This document shows positions 1 through 13,110 of a stretch of DNA of 64,000 bases, piece after piece (position 1 is the first letter of the stretch; every line of letters begins with the position of its first letter). The translations under genes and the position numbers were made by a program. The notes beneath the pieces are model-generated. The model was not told the DNA's origin. It saw only the letters and a program-made list of their open reading frames with translations, and did not search any database. Origin of the DNA: Felis catus (Eukaryota); contig NC_058373.1 of assembly GCF_018350175.1 (NCBI RefSeq), forward strand, positions 105,650,001-105,714,000. Reading direction: 5' to 3'.

Positions 1-137
1 AGAGAGAAAATCCCAAGCAGTCTCTGCACTGTCAGCACAGAGCCCAATGTGGGGCTGAACCTCATGAACTGTGAGATCGTGATCTGAACTGAAATCAAGA
101 GTCAGATGCTTAACCCACTGAGCCACCCAGCCACCCC
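1..137 (-). mobile_element. Can-SINE (SINEC), cut by window edge
   Basis: Reverse complement reads GGGGTGGCTGGGTGGCTCAGTGGGTTAAGCATCTGACTCTTGATTTCAG, the tRNA-derived Can-SINE head. Confidence 0.9.
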
Positions 138-777
138 TGCTGTTGTCTTTAATCAGTCTTTTGCTTCATTATTCTGTTGTGCTTGGGTCACCATCCACTT
201 CCTACTTCCTAAATCCAGTGGGCCCTCTCAGTCTCAGTCATACATGAGCACTACATGAATACATATAAGCAATAACACATGTATTATTGTTCACTTGGCT
301 TCCATAATATTGATCTCTACTTATATTGTAACCATGCCTTCTCAGTCTTCTTCAGAATTTTTTTTTCTCATCCCTTCCATGTGTTAGCCTTCTCTGAAGT
401 TCTTTTTTCTGGGTCTTCTCCTTTCCTCTCCCTCCCCCTGTCTCTCTTGGTATTCAGGATTTCTCCTTGAAGGATCCCTATCCCTATTTTCGCCCCTAAA
501 ACCATATCCCTAGATCTGGCACCATTTATAACAAAGACTGAAAAATATCTACAAAAATGAGCACCACAGAGGTCTGTGTTTTCCTTAGTGAATGCTCTCT
601 TGGTGAATAAGTAAGATGGAAATCAAATGGGGCTGGCTTCAGAGTGGGAAGGAAGTGAGGAAACAGAAAAAGCAAGGATAAACAACTCTTGACAAGCATG
701 GCTATAAGGGAGGCTATCTTTGAGGTTGGACAATCAAGTACCTTTTTTTATTGTTAAGTTTGCAAAAACATGGACTT

Positions 778-999
778 TTGAAAAACTTTATTTATTTTGA
801 GAGAGAAAGAGACAGACAGAGAGACAGAGAAAGAGAGAGAGAACAAGTCAGGGAGGGTCAGAAAGGGAGGGAAACAGAGAATCCAAGGCAGACTGCATTG
901 TCAACGCAGAGCCTGATGTGGGGCTCAAACCCACAAACAGTGAGATCATGACCTGAGCCAAAGTTGGATGCTCAACTGATTGAGCCACCCAGGTGCCCC
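778..999 (-). mobile_element. Can-SINE
   Basis: TTTATTTATTTTGAGAGAG tail, (GA)n tract and a TGAGCCACCCAGGTGCCCC end. Confidence 0.92.
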
Positions 1000-1869
1000 C
1001 AAACATGAAAATGTGTAAATGCTATTGGCATTGGGAAGGATTCACTAGAGGGGGCAAGCCTAAAATGCAGGAATGAGAAGAGAATGGATACAAGAATGGA
1101 CTCCAAAGTAGAAGGAGAGGGAAGGCAGATGAGGCAGATGCATGTACATTTGCTGAGGATGAGGGAGTTCCTGTCCCCATGGCAAGGTGACAGTTGAAAT
1201 GGGGGATATTGCTACAGCCACCTTTGGGAAATGCAGTCTGCCACCGAGGTTGAAGATGTTTAAGAGGTTAAGGCATGTTTAAGAGGTTGAAGGGTTAAGG
1301 CATGGGGGAACATAAAGCATACCACCAACCCTGGGTGCTTGGTGTATGAGAGTAAAGAGCCTCATTTGACAGAACTATATAGAAGTGGATATATTTGAGG
1401 AGGGTCAGCTTTCCGTACATGAAAGGAAGTGGAGGAAGCCCCTGCAGGGTAGGTTGAGGTGGTAAGAGCAGTCTGATAACAGAGAGGGGACTCAGAGAGC
1501 TCAGGGGAGGGAGAGGTCAGGTTATCAAGTTGAGGATAAGGAAGGACAGAGTATTATAGCGACTGTAATGCCTGCAGAATAGATTAAAGGAGCAGGAAGC
1601 TTAGACTTGGGCATTGACGGAAAAGAACTGGGATGAGAAGATTGAATGGGTTTAGTCCTGACCGTCTCCCATTGGAAGGTAGGCGCTGGACCCAAGGGTG
1701 GATATTTTGGTTCCTTGAACTTGAGGTAGTTTCAGCCTGGTCTGACAGATTTTAGGGTAGAAGGCTTGGAGGATATAGGGGTCTATGGGTTTGGCTGTCT
1801 TGGAGCATCAGCCTGGTCTTGTTGTGCCCCGGTGATTGAAGTGTCCCCCAGTAGACGGGAGCCTCTGAG

Positions 1870-1975
1870 GCTAAATCATGGCTCACTTACCTTGGTATCC
1901 CAGCATCTAGCACAGTGCTACGTGTATCCAGACACTGAAAGGTGGCTGAGTAATTTAACGAATTAATGATAGAAT
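1870..1975 (+). mobile_element. L2 3' end fragment
   Basis: GTATCCCAGCATCTAGCACAGTG...GAATTAATGA resembles the L2 3' terminus. Confidence 0.5.
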
Positions 1976-2823
1976 GTGGATTCAAGCCCCAGACTGCTGA
2001 AGCCAAGCTTCCGCTGACAGCACGCTGCTATGTTTCAATTCTCTGTTCCCAAGGCCTATAACCAGAGTGTTAAAGGGACGTTTCCTCTTAGGTTATGTGT
2101 GAACAGCACAAAGTGTTGATAAGCCCTGACAGTTTCCCAGGGAGTTTGATCAACATAAACATTCAAATCAGATATTTCAGGCCAAATTACATTGACTCAA
2201 TGTAATTACTTGAAATCTACTCCATTCCATGCTGCCTAAGGCATATGGCTTCTCTTCAAAATGTAAAAATCCACAAACCTTTAGGATAAATGCTACACTA
2301 CAGGATTTGTGACAATGTGCTTGATTAACAGCTGCTACCAATTAGACAGATATCTGTGAAAGAGATAACTCTCTGAGAGCCAACCCATGCATATAAGACA
2401 CGCCTAACAATTTAAGGCCATGGGAGCAGATGGGCACGGTCTAAAAATATGTTTATGAGATTTTATCTAGTAGAAAAAAGAATGTTGCCTTGGTATCAGT
2501 TACTGCTCTCATACCATTGCCTACAATACAAGTAAAAGCCTTTCATGAATATATTCAACTCTCATACATCTGCCAAACGTGAACTGTTACAAAATATTAT
2601 TTTCCTATTAATTCAAACTTTGGGCAAGCCCTGCTATCAGGAAACACAAATGTACTAAATCTGAGACTCTAAAGCCTCCAAACGAGAGAGTGAGGATTCA
2701 AGTTCTAAAAAGGATAGGCATGTGCAAAAGAGGCTTCCTTCTTTCAATGGTGAGTTCCCCTGGGATATTTAAAATAAAACTTGAATTATAAACTTAAAAA
2801 AAATTATATCTACACGGATTTTC

Positions 2824-3043
2824 TTAAAAATTTTTTTTTTCAACGTTTATTTATTTTTGGGACAGAGAGAGACAGAGCATGAGCGGGGGAGGGGCAGAGA
2901 GAGAGGGAGACACAGAATCGGAAACAGGCTCCAGGCTCTGAGCCATCAGCCCAGAGCCTGACGCGGGCTCGAACTCCTGGACCGCGAGACCGTGACTTGG
3001 CTGAAGCCGGACGCTTAACCGACTGCGCCACCCAGGCGCCCCC
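2824..3043 (-). mobile_element. Young felid Can-SINE (SINEC_Fc type) with 15-bp TSD
   Basis: CpG-rich intact body; TCTACACGGATTTTC duplicated at 2809-2823 and 3044-3058. Confidence 0.97.
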
Positions 3044-3686
3044 TCTACACGGATTTTCAAAGGACACATGTATGAGGTTAAACATACACACATGTTAGAG
3101 TGAGAGCCATATTATTCAGTCAATAGCCCCACACTAGTTAAATTTATTGGATTACTTAGATATTTTCATGTCTTTTTCAGGACCCAACTTTAAAATTGAT
3201 ACCTCTTAGAATTAACCTCCATTCACTGTGGTAGCGTCTGATCTTCTCAAATAGAGTTCTATGCTGGCAATGTGATTTATCCCAGGAGATAAAATACCAA
3301 TCTGGGAACCATAACAACCAGATCTGCTCACCACTCATTCGTTAACACACTCAACTTCTCTTAATCCAATCTTCTAATAACTATTTGTGAGTTACTTGTC
3401 TCATAGGGATGTCAAGCATTCCTGAAACCACAGGTGCTAATGGGCTATTACAGATAGTCATCAGAAGCTTTGTTCTTGTAGGTTTCTGGACTGATAAACT
3501 AGGACCTACACAATTTGGGGGAGTGTCTTGAGGCTTTGGAAGGTGTCGAGGAAGAAGATAGTCCTTTAAGTTGCCCGTCTAAGAAAAGGAAAAGTGGTCT
3601 TAACGTTCTTGAGAGAACACTGTTGTTATAATAATGTTTGTAAAACTCCTGCAAAGTAGTATAGCCATATTGGTGTTTCATTTCAG

Positions 3687-3747
3687 ATGTTGAACAACAT
3701 TCTTTCTTGCTCAAGGATAATATTATGCGACCTTTTGTACTGGAAGG
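3687..3747 (+). CDS. Candidate internal coding exon, 61 nt, (D)VEQHSFLLKDNIMRPFVLEG; gene not identified
   Basis: Acceptor gtttcatttcag| and donor AGG|gtaagg; unique sequence; frame continues into the exon at 3837. Confidence 0.55.
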
Positions 3748-3836
3748 GTAAGGTGACGTAAGATTTGATAAATATTATGATTTCGGTGTCTGCCTCGGTG
3801 TTCTCCAACGTTTTAATTCCCTGGCTACCATTGCAG

Positions 3837-3882
3837 ATTTCAAATCCACCTTTCAAAAGTTGCTGAATCTGATTTACTTTAA
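3837..3882 (+). CDS. Candidate terminal coding exon, (G)FQIHLSKVAESDLL*
   Basis: Follows an 89-nt GT-AG intron with a branch-like TTTAAT about 20 nt upstream of attgcag|; phase-compatible; TAA at 3880-3882. Confidence 0.45.
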
Positions 3883-5999
3883 GTCCACAATGTGTCCTTG
3901 TATGTAGCTGAATTGCCCTCTGTAAGATGGAAGGCCAGTAGCTTAACCACAGTTCCTTTTAATACTTCCTTTAACAAGGCTTAGAAGCCAATAACCCACA
4001 TTTACTTTCAGTTTGAAAGCCTCAGAAAATGGCAGGAAAGTCAGGAATCAAAATATAGAAGATAAAACTCATCAAACAGTGACAAATCATAATGCTGTTC
4101 TAAGACCTGCTTTCCCACAAGAAGCTCTTTGTTTGTTGCTCAGGTCAATGTTTAGTGGTTTCTGAACTTTAAGGAGAGTCCATCATGCTACAGCAGAGGG
4201 GTGGATTTAAAAGAATGGCGTAAGATGAACCTTGTGTTTCTTGTCGTGGTGGGAGGGAAGGAGAAGTTCAGAAGAATGTCTCACTGGTCAGCTAGTGATT
4301 AATCCCACATGACTTGTTTGCTTCCTGGTCTTTTCTCCTGTCAGATTCCAGGTATCTTCTGGTGATTGGGATGAGGAAGTGTGAAGGCAGCGGGCTAAGC
4401 CTTTCCTCAGCTGAGCAAACACACACACAGACCCCCAGAGGATGTTCAAGCCGTTTTTTGCCTCCAGCAACAATCTGACCAGTACGGAGTCCCTTCTCAT
4501 ACTGACTTATCTACGTGTTGTCTGGGGCCTCTGTTCCTGGACTCTCCGGGTGCCTTACCTGACTGCTCCCCATTCAGAAGCAGAAAGCACCCCCTTTGAC
4601 ACATTTCTTCTTTCCTTTTCTGCTTCCTCCTCTCAATCCCTTGGCCTTGTGGCCAGTTCTCTTCCTCTGAAGTTTCTTTATCCTCCTGTGTCACAGCCTC
4701 TGGCACGGGTGGCCATTTTCTGTTATGAGCTTGACAGGGACAAGTGGAAGCCCAGGCGCTAAGCGTGTAATGGAACAGGAAAGAGCAGACTCTCCAAAGG
4801 AAATCAGTATGAGTTTTTTTTTTTCTAGCTTACGTTCTTACCTTATGCTGAAAGAGTGCCTGGCTCCTGCTCAGATGAGTTCCATACAAAACTTTCCATG
4901 CTATTACTTTATTATTGGGCTTTCCGGGCTCCAGGAACAGAAGGAACAGGGGAAAAAAATTTACTTGTAACATACTTGTATAGCACTTGACAAATTTCCA
5001 AGTTCCTCCCTCAGTGTAGTAGATACCTAAGAAGTATTTGTTGAACTGAATGTAAAACTGCTTACATGTGCTTCCTCGTGTATCGCTATCGGAAACACTT
5101 GTGACATAGGCAGGACTGCTCATGAATCTTCTCTTTATAGACTCAGACTGTTGTGTCCCCAAGGTGACAAAGCTGGAGAGTGGCAGAGCTGAAACTGGAA
5201 CTCTGATATTTTTTTTTTAAACTCTGTTCAGTGTTCTTTCCGATTTTTGTGACTTATCATCCACCCACAGACTTATTTGTGATGAGTTCCTCTTGCTCCG
5301 GGAGGCTGGCATGGAGATGTTATGTACCTGATTTCAGGTGAGCCTTTTATCCCCCATTCATCTCTCCCTGCTTCTTCAAAGTTTTCTTCTCCAGATTTCA
5401 TAGCTGGCCATTTAAACACTTAGTTTCCTTCATTCCATCTTATTCGTACCACCGTTAAGTTCAGGCCTTCACCCATCTTTACCCAGCCTGTTGTCATGCC
5501 TCCAAACTGGTGCCCGTCGGTTTCCTAAGCGTGATCTTTCTCAAAAATAAATTTGGTTTTTAAGAGTTGATGGCATGAAATTCTCAACGGCTCCCTTCCA
5601 CATTATAGCGGTGTTCCCAGACCCCTGGGGTGACATTCTTGTGGGAAGAGGGAGGTCACGTTTAGGTTGCCTGGGATCTTTCTGAATTTTGTGTGTTTAA
5701 TAACAACGAAAAAAAAATCATTTTAAAAAGTAGTATAAGTATATCCCAGAACATCTAAACGACTGTCTTATCACTGTCATAAAATTTCACTGTCTGTGTT
5801 GCAGATCTCTTTATGATCTTGTTGGCGCCAAGTTATACGATTTTAAATGTCATGCATTAATGAAAAATGAACAGAAGTGGACGAAATTTGTCATGAGTTT
5901 GATCCATGTGAAGTCCAAACGCTGTGACAGTAAACTGTTTGTAGGCAGGTTTTCAGTACAATGGCTCCAGTAGAGAAAAGTGTGGGGAGAATGTAGCCA

Positions 6000-6520
<521 letters not shown>

Positions 6521-6527
6521 GAATTTT

Positions 6528-6645
6528 CATATATACATATAATACACGCGTATGTTTTACATATGCGTGTATTATATGTATATATGTGTGTGCATATATA
6601 TATATACACACACACATATATATATATATGTATATGTATCTATAT
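6528..6645. repeat. (TA)/(TG)/(CA) low-complexity repeat containing a 59-bp near-perfect palindrome
   Basis: Arms 6528-6555 and 6559-6586 are reverse complements with one mismatch. Confidence 0.9.
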
Positions 6646-6694
6646 CTCATAAAGTTAACACTGGGATAATTGTTTCCTTTAAAAAGGCATTTAT

Positions 6695-7130
6695 GGGGTG
6701 CCTGAGTGGCTCAGTTCGTTAAGTAACCAACTCTTTTTTTTTTTTTAAGTTTATTTATTTATTTTGAGAAAGAGAGAGGGAGAGCAGTGGAGGGGCAGAG
6801 AGAGGGAGAGAGAGAGAATTCCAAGCAGGGTCTCGGATGTCAGCACTGAACCCGATGCAGGGCTCAATCTCACAAACCATGAGATCGTGACCTGAGCTGA
6901 AATCAAGAGTTGGACGCTTAACCCACTGAGCCATTCAGGTGCCCCAAAGCCACCAACTCTTGATTTCGGCTCAGGTCATGATCTGGAGGTCATGAGATTG
7001 AGCCCCCCCCCCCCCTCAGGTTCCCTGCTGAGTGTAGAGCCTGCGTGGGATTCTTTCTCTCCCTCTCCCCCGCTCACCCAAATGCACGTGTGTGCTCCCT
7101 CTCTCTCAAAATAAATAAATATTAACAAAA

Positions 7131-7169
<39 letters not shown>

Positions 7170-7171
7170 CA
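6695..7171 (+). mobile_element. Can-SINE (host), interrupted by a second SINE
   Basis: Head 6695-6735 resumes at about 6947; (AAAT)n tail; TAAAAAGGCATTT duplicated at 6680 and 7172. Confidence 0.93.
6736..6945 (-). mobile_element. Can-SINE nested in antisense within the host SINE
   Basis: Complete minus-strand SINE flanked by AAGTAACCAACTCTT / AAGCCACCAACTCTT. Confidence 0.93.
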
Positions 7172-8644
7172 TAAAAAGGCATTTGTAAGGTACTTAAGGA
7201 ACTACAGCCTGCAGAAAACATGCACACTTTTCAGCTTCGTGTCTTTCTGACATCCCATCTAGCCTGTCTTTCCAGTGTTCTTTCCCTTTACCCTATGACT
7301 CTGTCATCCTCCCTGTTCTTAATCATATCCTGTTGGTTTAAGCATTTCTACTTGTGTTTATCCTTTCTCTTTGGGGAGAAACTTAGAAAAACAACAGCAG
7401 TCGAATCAATTTTGTGATGATAACCGAGGTGAGGAGGGCCTGAGTAAGTCCCCAAGGAAGGCAGAGCTTGGTTCCGCCGCCATACCCACATTTCTTGCGA
7501 GTTGCTAACAAGTGGTAACCATGGTGTGGGTCCCCAAGCCCAATCTAGCCTCACGCGGAGGTGCCAGCAAGTAATGAGGTCCCCAGACAAGAGCACTGGC
7601 CTCTGAACAGTGGAGAGTTTGAGTGTATTCAATTTCCCAAGCTTTTTATAAAAGGTTTCTTGGTGAACTCTCTCTTGGAGTTCCCACAAACTGCATAAAG
7701 AGGTTATGAGTTATCACATCTGAAGCCTACTGCTATGTTTCCAAATTATCCCTTTCTTGGATAGCTTAGGGACTGTGGTTAGGCATATTAATCCTAGGAG
7801 AAGTTGGGTAATTGTAATTTTAGAGAAGAGATTTTATGCCCTCAAGGCCTTGCAACCACACACATCAAAATCTCACATTTAATTTATATCAAGCATGGAA
7901 TTAATAAGAATGGGTAGTAATAAAGTGTCAGGGCAAGAAATGGAAAATAGATATCATAAAATATTTATGTAATAAAAAATAATCCCCTTCACTAATATAA
8001 CCCACATTTTTTTCCTTGATAAGACCTAGTAATAAAAGCATTTAAATCACTGTAAGAAGGAATTACTATACTCTGGATGACACGCTAAAGTCCCAAACAC
8101 AGTCCACTTATCAAAACTACAGTATTTTGAAATAAATGAACTCTGAGAGAGAACAAAATGTGCTCCTGGTACTTGTCAATTTCTAACAGCAGAGTCAACA
8201 TCCGTTCAATAAATTATCCTTCCCAGAACATTTCTGAAATTTTGTAATGAATGCAGCTGGCAGAAAAATTGAAATGTAATTGAGTGACATCTTTTAATCA
8301 TATATGCGGGTTGGAGATGAGAAATATCAACAGGAAAAGGCGGCGCTCGGATTTCTCTCCAATGCTCACGTTAAATGGCTGTCTGCATTGTTTTAGCCCC
8401 TGCACAAACCCGTCAAGCTTTTATACAAAGGCGAGCTCGTTTTTGTCTTGGAAGGATGAGTTAGAAATGACACCTTTGTATATTCAACTGTGAGTTTCTA
8501 TCTTTCTGCTGGCATATTATGTCATTTCAATTTCAAAAAAATCTCAAGAGAAGCTATAATAAAATCATTTCCGAGTGGAAGGAATATGATTAGGGAGTGA
8601 AGGATCTTAAACCTCATTTAATTGCGGGAGTTTGGGGAAGCTCA

Positions 8645-8655
8645 CGCGTGTGTGC

Positions 8656-8691
<36 letters not shown>
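8645..8691. repeat. (TG)n microsatellite with CG interruptions
   Basis: Directly visible. Confidence 0.95.
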
Positions 8692-8693
<2 letters not shown>

Positions 8694-9470
8694 CACCATT
8701 TACCACAGTCTTTTGATACGTGACCTAAACTGAAATGTTAAAGGCTGATAACAATATATGGCATTCTCGAGTAAGCACCTTTGGTGACACTTTCATATGT
8801 TCAGTGCATGCATATGAGAAACAGTCTGGCTTTCTTTGGATGCTTTTCCTGTTGTAAGTTACACTAATAGAGTTTTCTGTGATAGAAATATGGAAATAAG
8901 CGGCTTATGATTCTGAAGTTATCGTCTTCTGTGTTCTAATTTTTTTTGTTGACAGCCTTTTCTTTTAGGAAATTACGCTTAAATTGTCCTTCATAATTCC
9001 CTCGGAGTCCACACTGCACAGCCACATACTAACAAGATGCTTTTGATCCTTTGATAATTAAATGCTCCACTGAATGGTAAGAGAGACAGAGCTGCCTTGT
9101 ATTAAATTCTCCTCTGAGGAGAAAGGAGGTTAATGACACCTCCAGATAGTAATAGGTAGTGTTACTATAAGAAAATGAGCTAATTGCCACAGGCAGGGTC
9201 TGGTGTTTTTATACCATGAATGAGCAAAGCACATCCCAGTTCAACTTCTGTTTTAGAAAGAACGCAAGTGTCTATAATTCTGTGAACCAGTTGTCTTAAA
9301 TAGTTTTATTTGTGGCTACTGACTCCATTTACCATGTAGATTTTTCTCTGAAAATACTGTTCTATAAATACCTAAATCCAAGCCTGTAACAATAAAGTAG
9401 CCTGATTGGTGTGGACAGAATGGGTGTGCTTTTTCAGAAGCTGTGGCCTCTCAGAGGTCTGTAGGAGGAG

Positions 9471-9908
9471 GTGATGGTTCATTTCATGTGTCAACGTAGC
9501 TAGACTATAATGTCTAGTTATTCAATCAAACATGAATGTAGATGTCACTGTGAAGGTATTTGTAACTGTGGTTAACATCTATAATCGGTTGACTTTAAGT
9601 AGAGGAGAGGACCCTCGATAATGAGGGTGGAGACTCTCTCATCCCAACAGTTGAAGGCTTTAAGAGGAAAAACTGAGGTTTCTCAGAGAAGAAATGCTAT
9701 TTCTGCATTTCTAAATCCTAATGCTGCTTTTCTAAATGTTATTACTGCAGCATCAGCTTCTTTACCTGAATTCCTAGCCTGCTGACCTTCCCTGCAAATT
9801 TTAGACTTGCCAGGGCCCCACAATCCTTTAAGCCAATTTCTTAAAATGAATATTTTTTACGTACATATATATCCTGTTGGTTCTCTCTGGGGAACCCGGA
9901 CTGATACA
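9471..9908 (+). mobile_element. Solo ERVL LTR (MLT2 family)
   Basis: Starts GTGATGGTTCATTTCATGTGTCAAC and ends GAACCCGGACTGATACA, matching MLT2 termini. Confidence 0.85.
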
Positions 9909-10637
9909 GGTAGTGAAAGACAGATAGAGACAGGTGACCCGCAAATCACAGGAGAGTTTATTGGGCCCTTGACGCAAGCAAGTGTCACAGAGTTAGCCAA
10001 ACTTAGCTGCTCAGAGTCAGTTTTGGGGACAGTCTGTAGAGGAAAGCGTGGTCTTCATTGAAGCATGCTTAACAAGCCCCTCCCAGTTGAAACCACCTTT
10101 TCAAACACCTTGCCTACCACATTATAAGCAGGGAGCAATATGCTCTCAAATAGAATCGTTGCCACCAAAAGGGAGGTGCTAGTGTTTTCATCCACAGCAG
10201 GTGTATGAATGAATCAAGGGCCATTCAGTATGGAGAAGCGCCAAAACATGCTATGTGCTTCCAGCTTCTTGACACTAAAGCCCTGCATAGAATCCGTGTT
10301 CTCTCCCATAGCTTTCTTGTCTCGGATCTCTGCACAGCTAAATGTCCTGAGACTGACCTACACTCATGGTCTTCGTGCCCTTATGTGCTGCTCACTCTGT
10401 TACCCATTGCAATATGGTCCTAGCCCTGATCATTCCATAGTCACAGACTTCCCTGCTGTTCAATCCAATGGATACCTGGTTTTTATTTTACTTAATGTTT
10501 TAATTTAATCAATCCACTGCTATTGGCCACACTCTTCTAAAAGTCTCTTCCTCTGTGTTCTGCAGTGAATTCTCTCATAGTCTGCATCCTATCCATCTAA
10601 ATGAATTGTTCCAGCCTCCTTCAACCAAAGTGGTCCG

Positions 10638-11078
10638 TTGTGGGTTGAATAGTGTCTCCTAAAAGGTACATCAGGTCTTAACCATTGGTACCTGTGATGT
10701 GACTTCATTTGAAAAATGGGTCTTAGCAGATGTAATCAAGTTAAGATGAGGTCATTAGGGTGGGCCCTAATCCAAAATGACTGGTATCCTTATAAGAAAA
10801 GCAAACACCATGTGAAGACAGAGACACATGGAGAGAAGAAATCCAGGCGACCACAGAAGCAAAGGTTGGAGTGATGCATCTTTAAGCCAAGGAACACCAA
10901 GGATTACTGACAAATACCAAGCTAGAAGAGGCAAGGAAGGACTCCATCCTAGAGATTTCGGCGGGAGCACCATCCTGCCAACACCTTGATTTCAGACTTC
11001 TAGCCCCTAGAACTATGACACAATGTTTTGTTGTTTTAAGCTACCTGGTTTGTGGTACTTTGTTACAGCAGCCTCAAG
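10638..11078 (+). mobile_element. Solo MaLR LTR (MLT1B/C-like)
   Basis: GGGTTGAATAGTGTC...TTAAGATGAGGTCATTAGGGTGGGCCCTAATCCA...TTTGTGGTACTTTGTTACAGCAGCC. Confidence 0.88.
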
Positions 11079-12959
11079 CTGGACCATCCTACAGGATGTC
11101 CTTAAAATCAAAGTATTTTTAATGTTTTCTATTGGATGTTCCTTCCTCAGGCTAGTAGTATCTAGGCTCATGTATGAGTGGTCTTCTTGGTGGAAACAGA
11201 GAGGGCGTGCTTAGTCCAAGCTGATACATACACAGACTGTGGTTCAAAATCACACTGACTTGTTGAGGAGTGGTATTATCTAGCTGCCTTTACCTCCAGC
11301 AGTGGGGCTTTCCACTGCCTATCTGTCTGGAATGTTCTGTCCATGGATTTGCCCTGAATGGAGCCCATCAGTCTGCCTCTTGCTTGTTTATGTTTCCTGG
11401 GGGATTTGACGATGATGGAAGGCCAATATGTTCTCAGGAAGGATCCTAGTGTTCAAGCTTTCTAGCTCAGTCACTCTCTGCAGCTGAATTTTAATTCATA
11501 ATACATTCCGCAAGAAGCATGTCCTTGGGCAACTCCGTCCTCAGTGGAATTGTCTGATGAAGTGGGTTCTGTTAACCACTCAGGAGGCTTCATATGCTTT
11601 GATTACTGCTCATGAGGTTTCCATTTCTTCAAGGAGCTTAATGAGGTTTTTCTGGGGGGCAAAAATCATAAATTTCCATTTTTTAGTAGGTCTGCTGATA
11701 GGAGTACAAATTTTACATTCCCTTCACAGCCCATAAAACAATGCTCCTCATTTATTTCTTTTGTGAAGTAGCAATTCAGATGTCTTCTGGCCTATCACAT
11801 CGAAGAAATATTGAGAAGAGCATAATTAAATATAAATATTAATTATCTTTTAAAGGTGCATACTTTAAAACATGTCGTTTCTGGCGTTTGCAAAGTATGT
11901 GATGCCAAATGTGCCTTGAGCAGATATCGAGATCAATGGCCCAATAATGATTTTGTAGCCTGGAAAAAAAAAAAAAAAGTCTGCATTCATTTACTTTTAT
12001 TTGGACATAATTATAGAAGAAAGGCAGTCTTTTCAGTAAATTCTAACTTATGAGATGAAAATCCCCCCCCCCCCAATTCTTCCTTGATTTACTTATTTAT
12101 TTTTGGCTCTTGCCTGTAAAAGCACTTTTATGACTTAAATGATTCTGACCAAATCTGTGGTTGACGGCCAAGTGTTTTACTAACTTTCCCCTTTAGTTTG
12201 ATCACAGACGCGTCACTGTGTGCCCTGCTGCCTGTCAGATCACCAACAGTGGCATGCGTTTCTCTGAGGAGGCCAGGAGTATTAAAAATGTGCAATCAGA
12301 AGCATTCTAAACGAAATGGCAAATTTAGCCGATGGAATGTGCAGAATACTAATGGGTTGTGCACAATCAGCTGGGCCTGCCGTGCACCCCTGCATCGCAG
12401 ACTGAGGATAATGACCTTGCTCAAGACTTAAGCAGGGAGAATCAGTGTACTTGGTAACGAATAGATGCCTCCTGGTACACTGCAGCCACTCACCTCTCCG
12501 GGGACCTCCACAGGCCAGCTCTACACGTGAAAGCTGCCACCGCAATTCAGGTCACGTACTTGCTCCACTCTGGGGGACAGGGCACAGAGTAGGGGAAAGG
12601 TGAGGGAACAACCTTCACAGTCCACAGCAGACTAGCTTCGAAATGCCTGCCTCGGACAGATTCTTGAAATTAATTTTAAAAATTAAATAAAACACCTATT
12701 CACTGCTTTCCCTTGCTGGTCACAGCCTTCGAGCGTTGAAAATAAAGAATCTCTTAAGAAACAGCCCCCTTCTATAGAAAGCAAAAAAGACTAAATAACT
12801 TCCTTAAGATGAAAGGAGAGGGAGGGGTCAATGAAGCTGGAAAAAACTTCCTAAAGACCCTTTTGCCCGCGTGGGTTCTATACCAAAACACAAAAGCCTT
12901 GTTATTAACAGTGATCACACTTGGCTATGCACTTGCCTGGTTTTCAGGCAACAGAGCTC

Positions 12960-13110
12960 AGGATGTGCCCATTTTATAGATAAGGAAATTGACACTCTGA
13001 GGCTCAGTTTGTCCAAAGTCAAATAGCAAGAACAGGGCAGCCCTAGGATTTGCAACACAGGCCAGCATGACTTAGGATCTGAGTCTTAATTGCTATGTAT
13101 CAGTGCCTTC
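12960..13110 (-). mobile_element. MIR fragment
   Basis: CCCATTTTATAGATAAGGAAATTGA core. Confidence 0.7.

Noticed and set aside
1255..1305. Short duplication ATGTTTAAGAGGTT / GGTTAAGGCATG
   Set aside because: An ordinary slippage duplication with no further structure.
5605..5950. Possible hAT-transposon remnant or exon (gttgcag| at about 5804)
   Set aside because: Neither a second terminal repeat nor a convincing donor or open frame could be supported.
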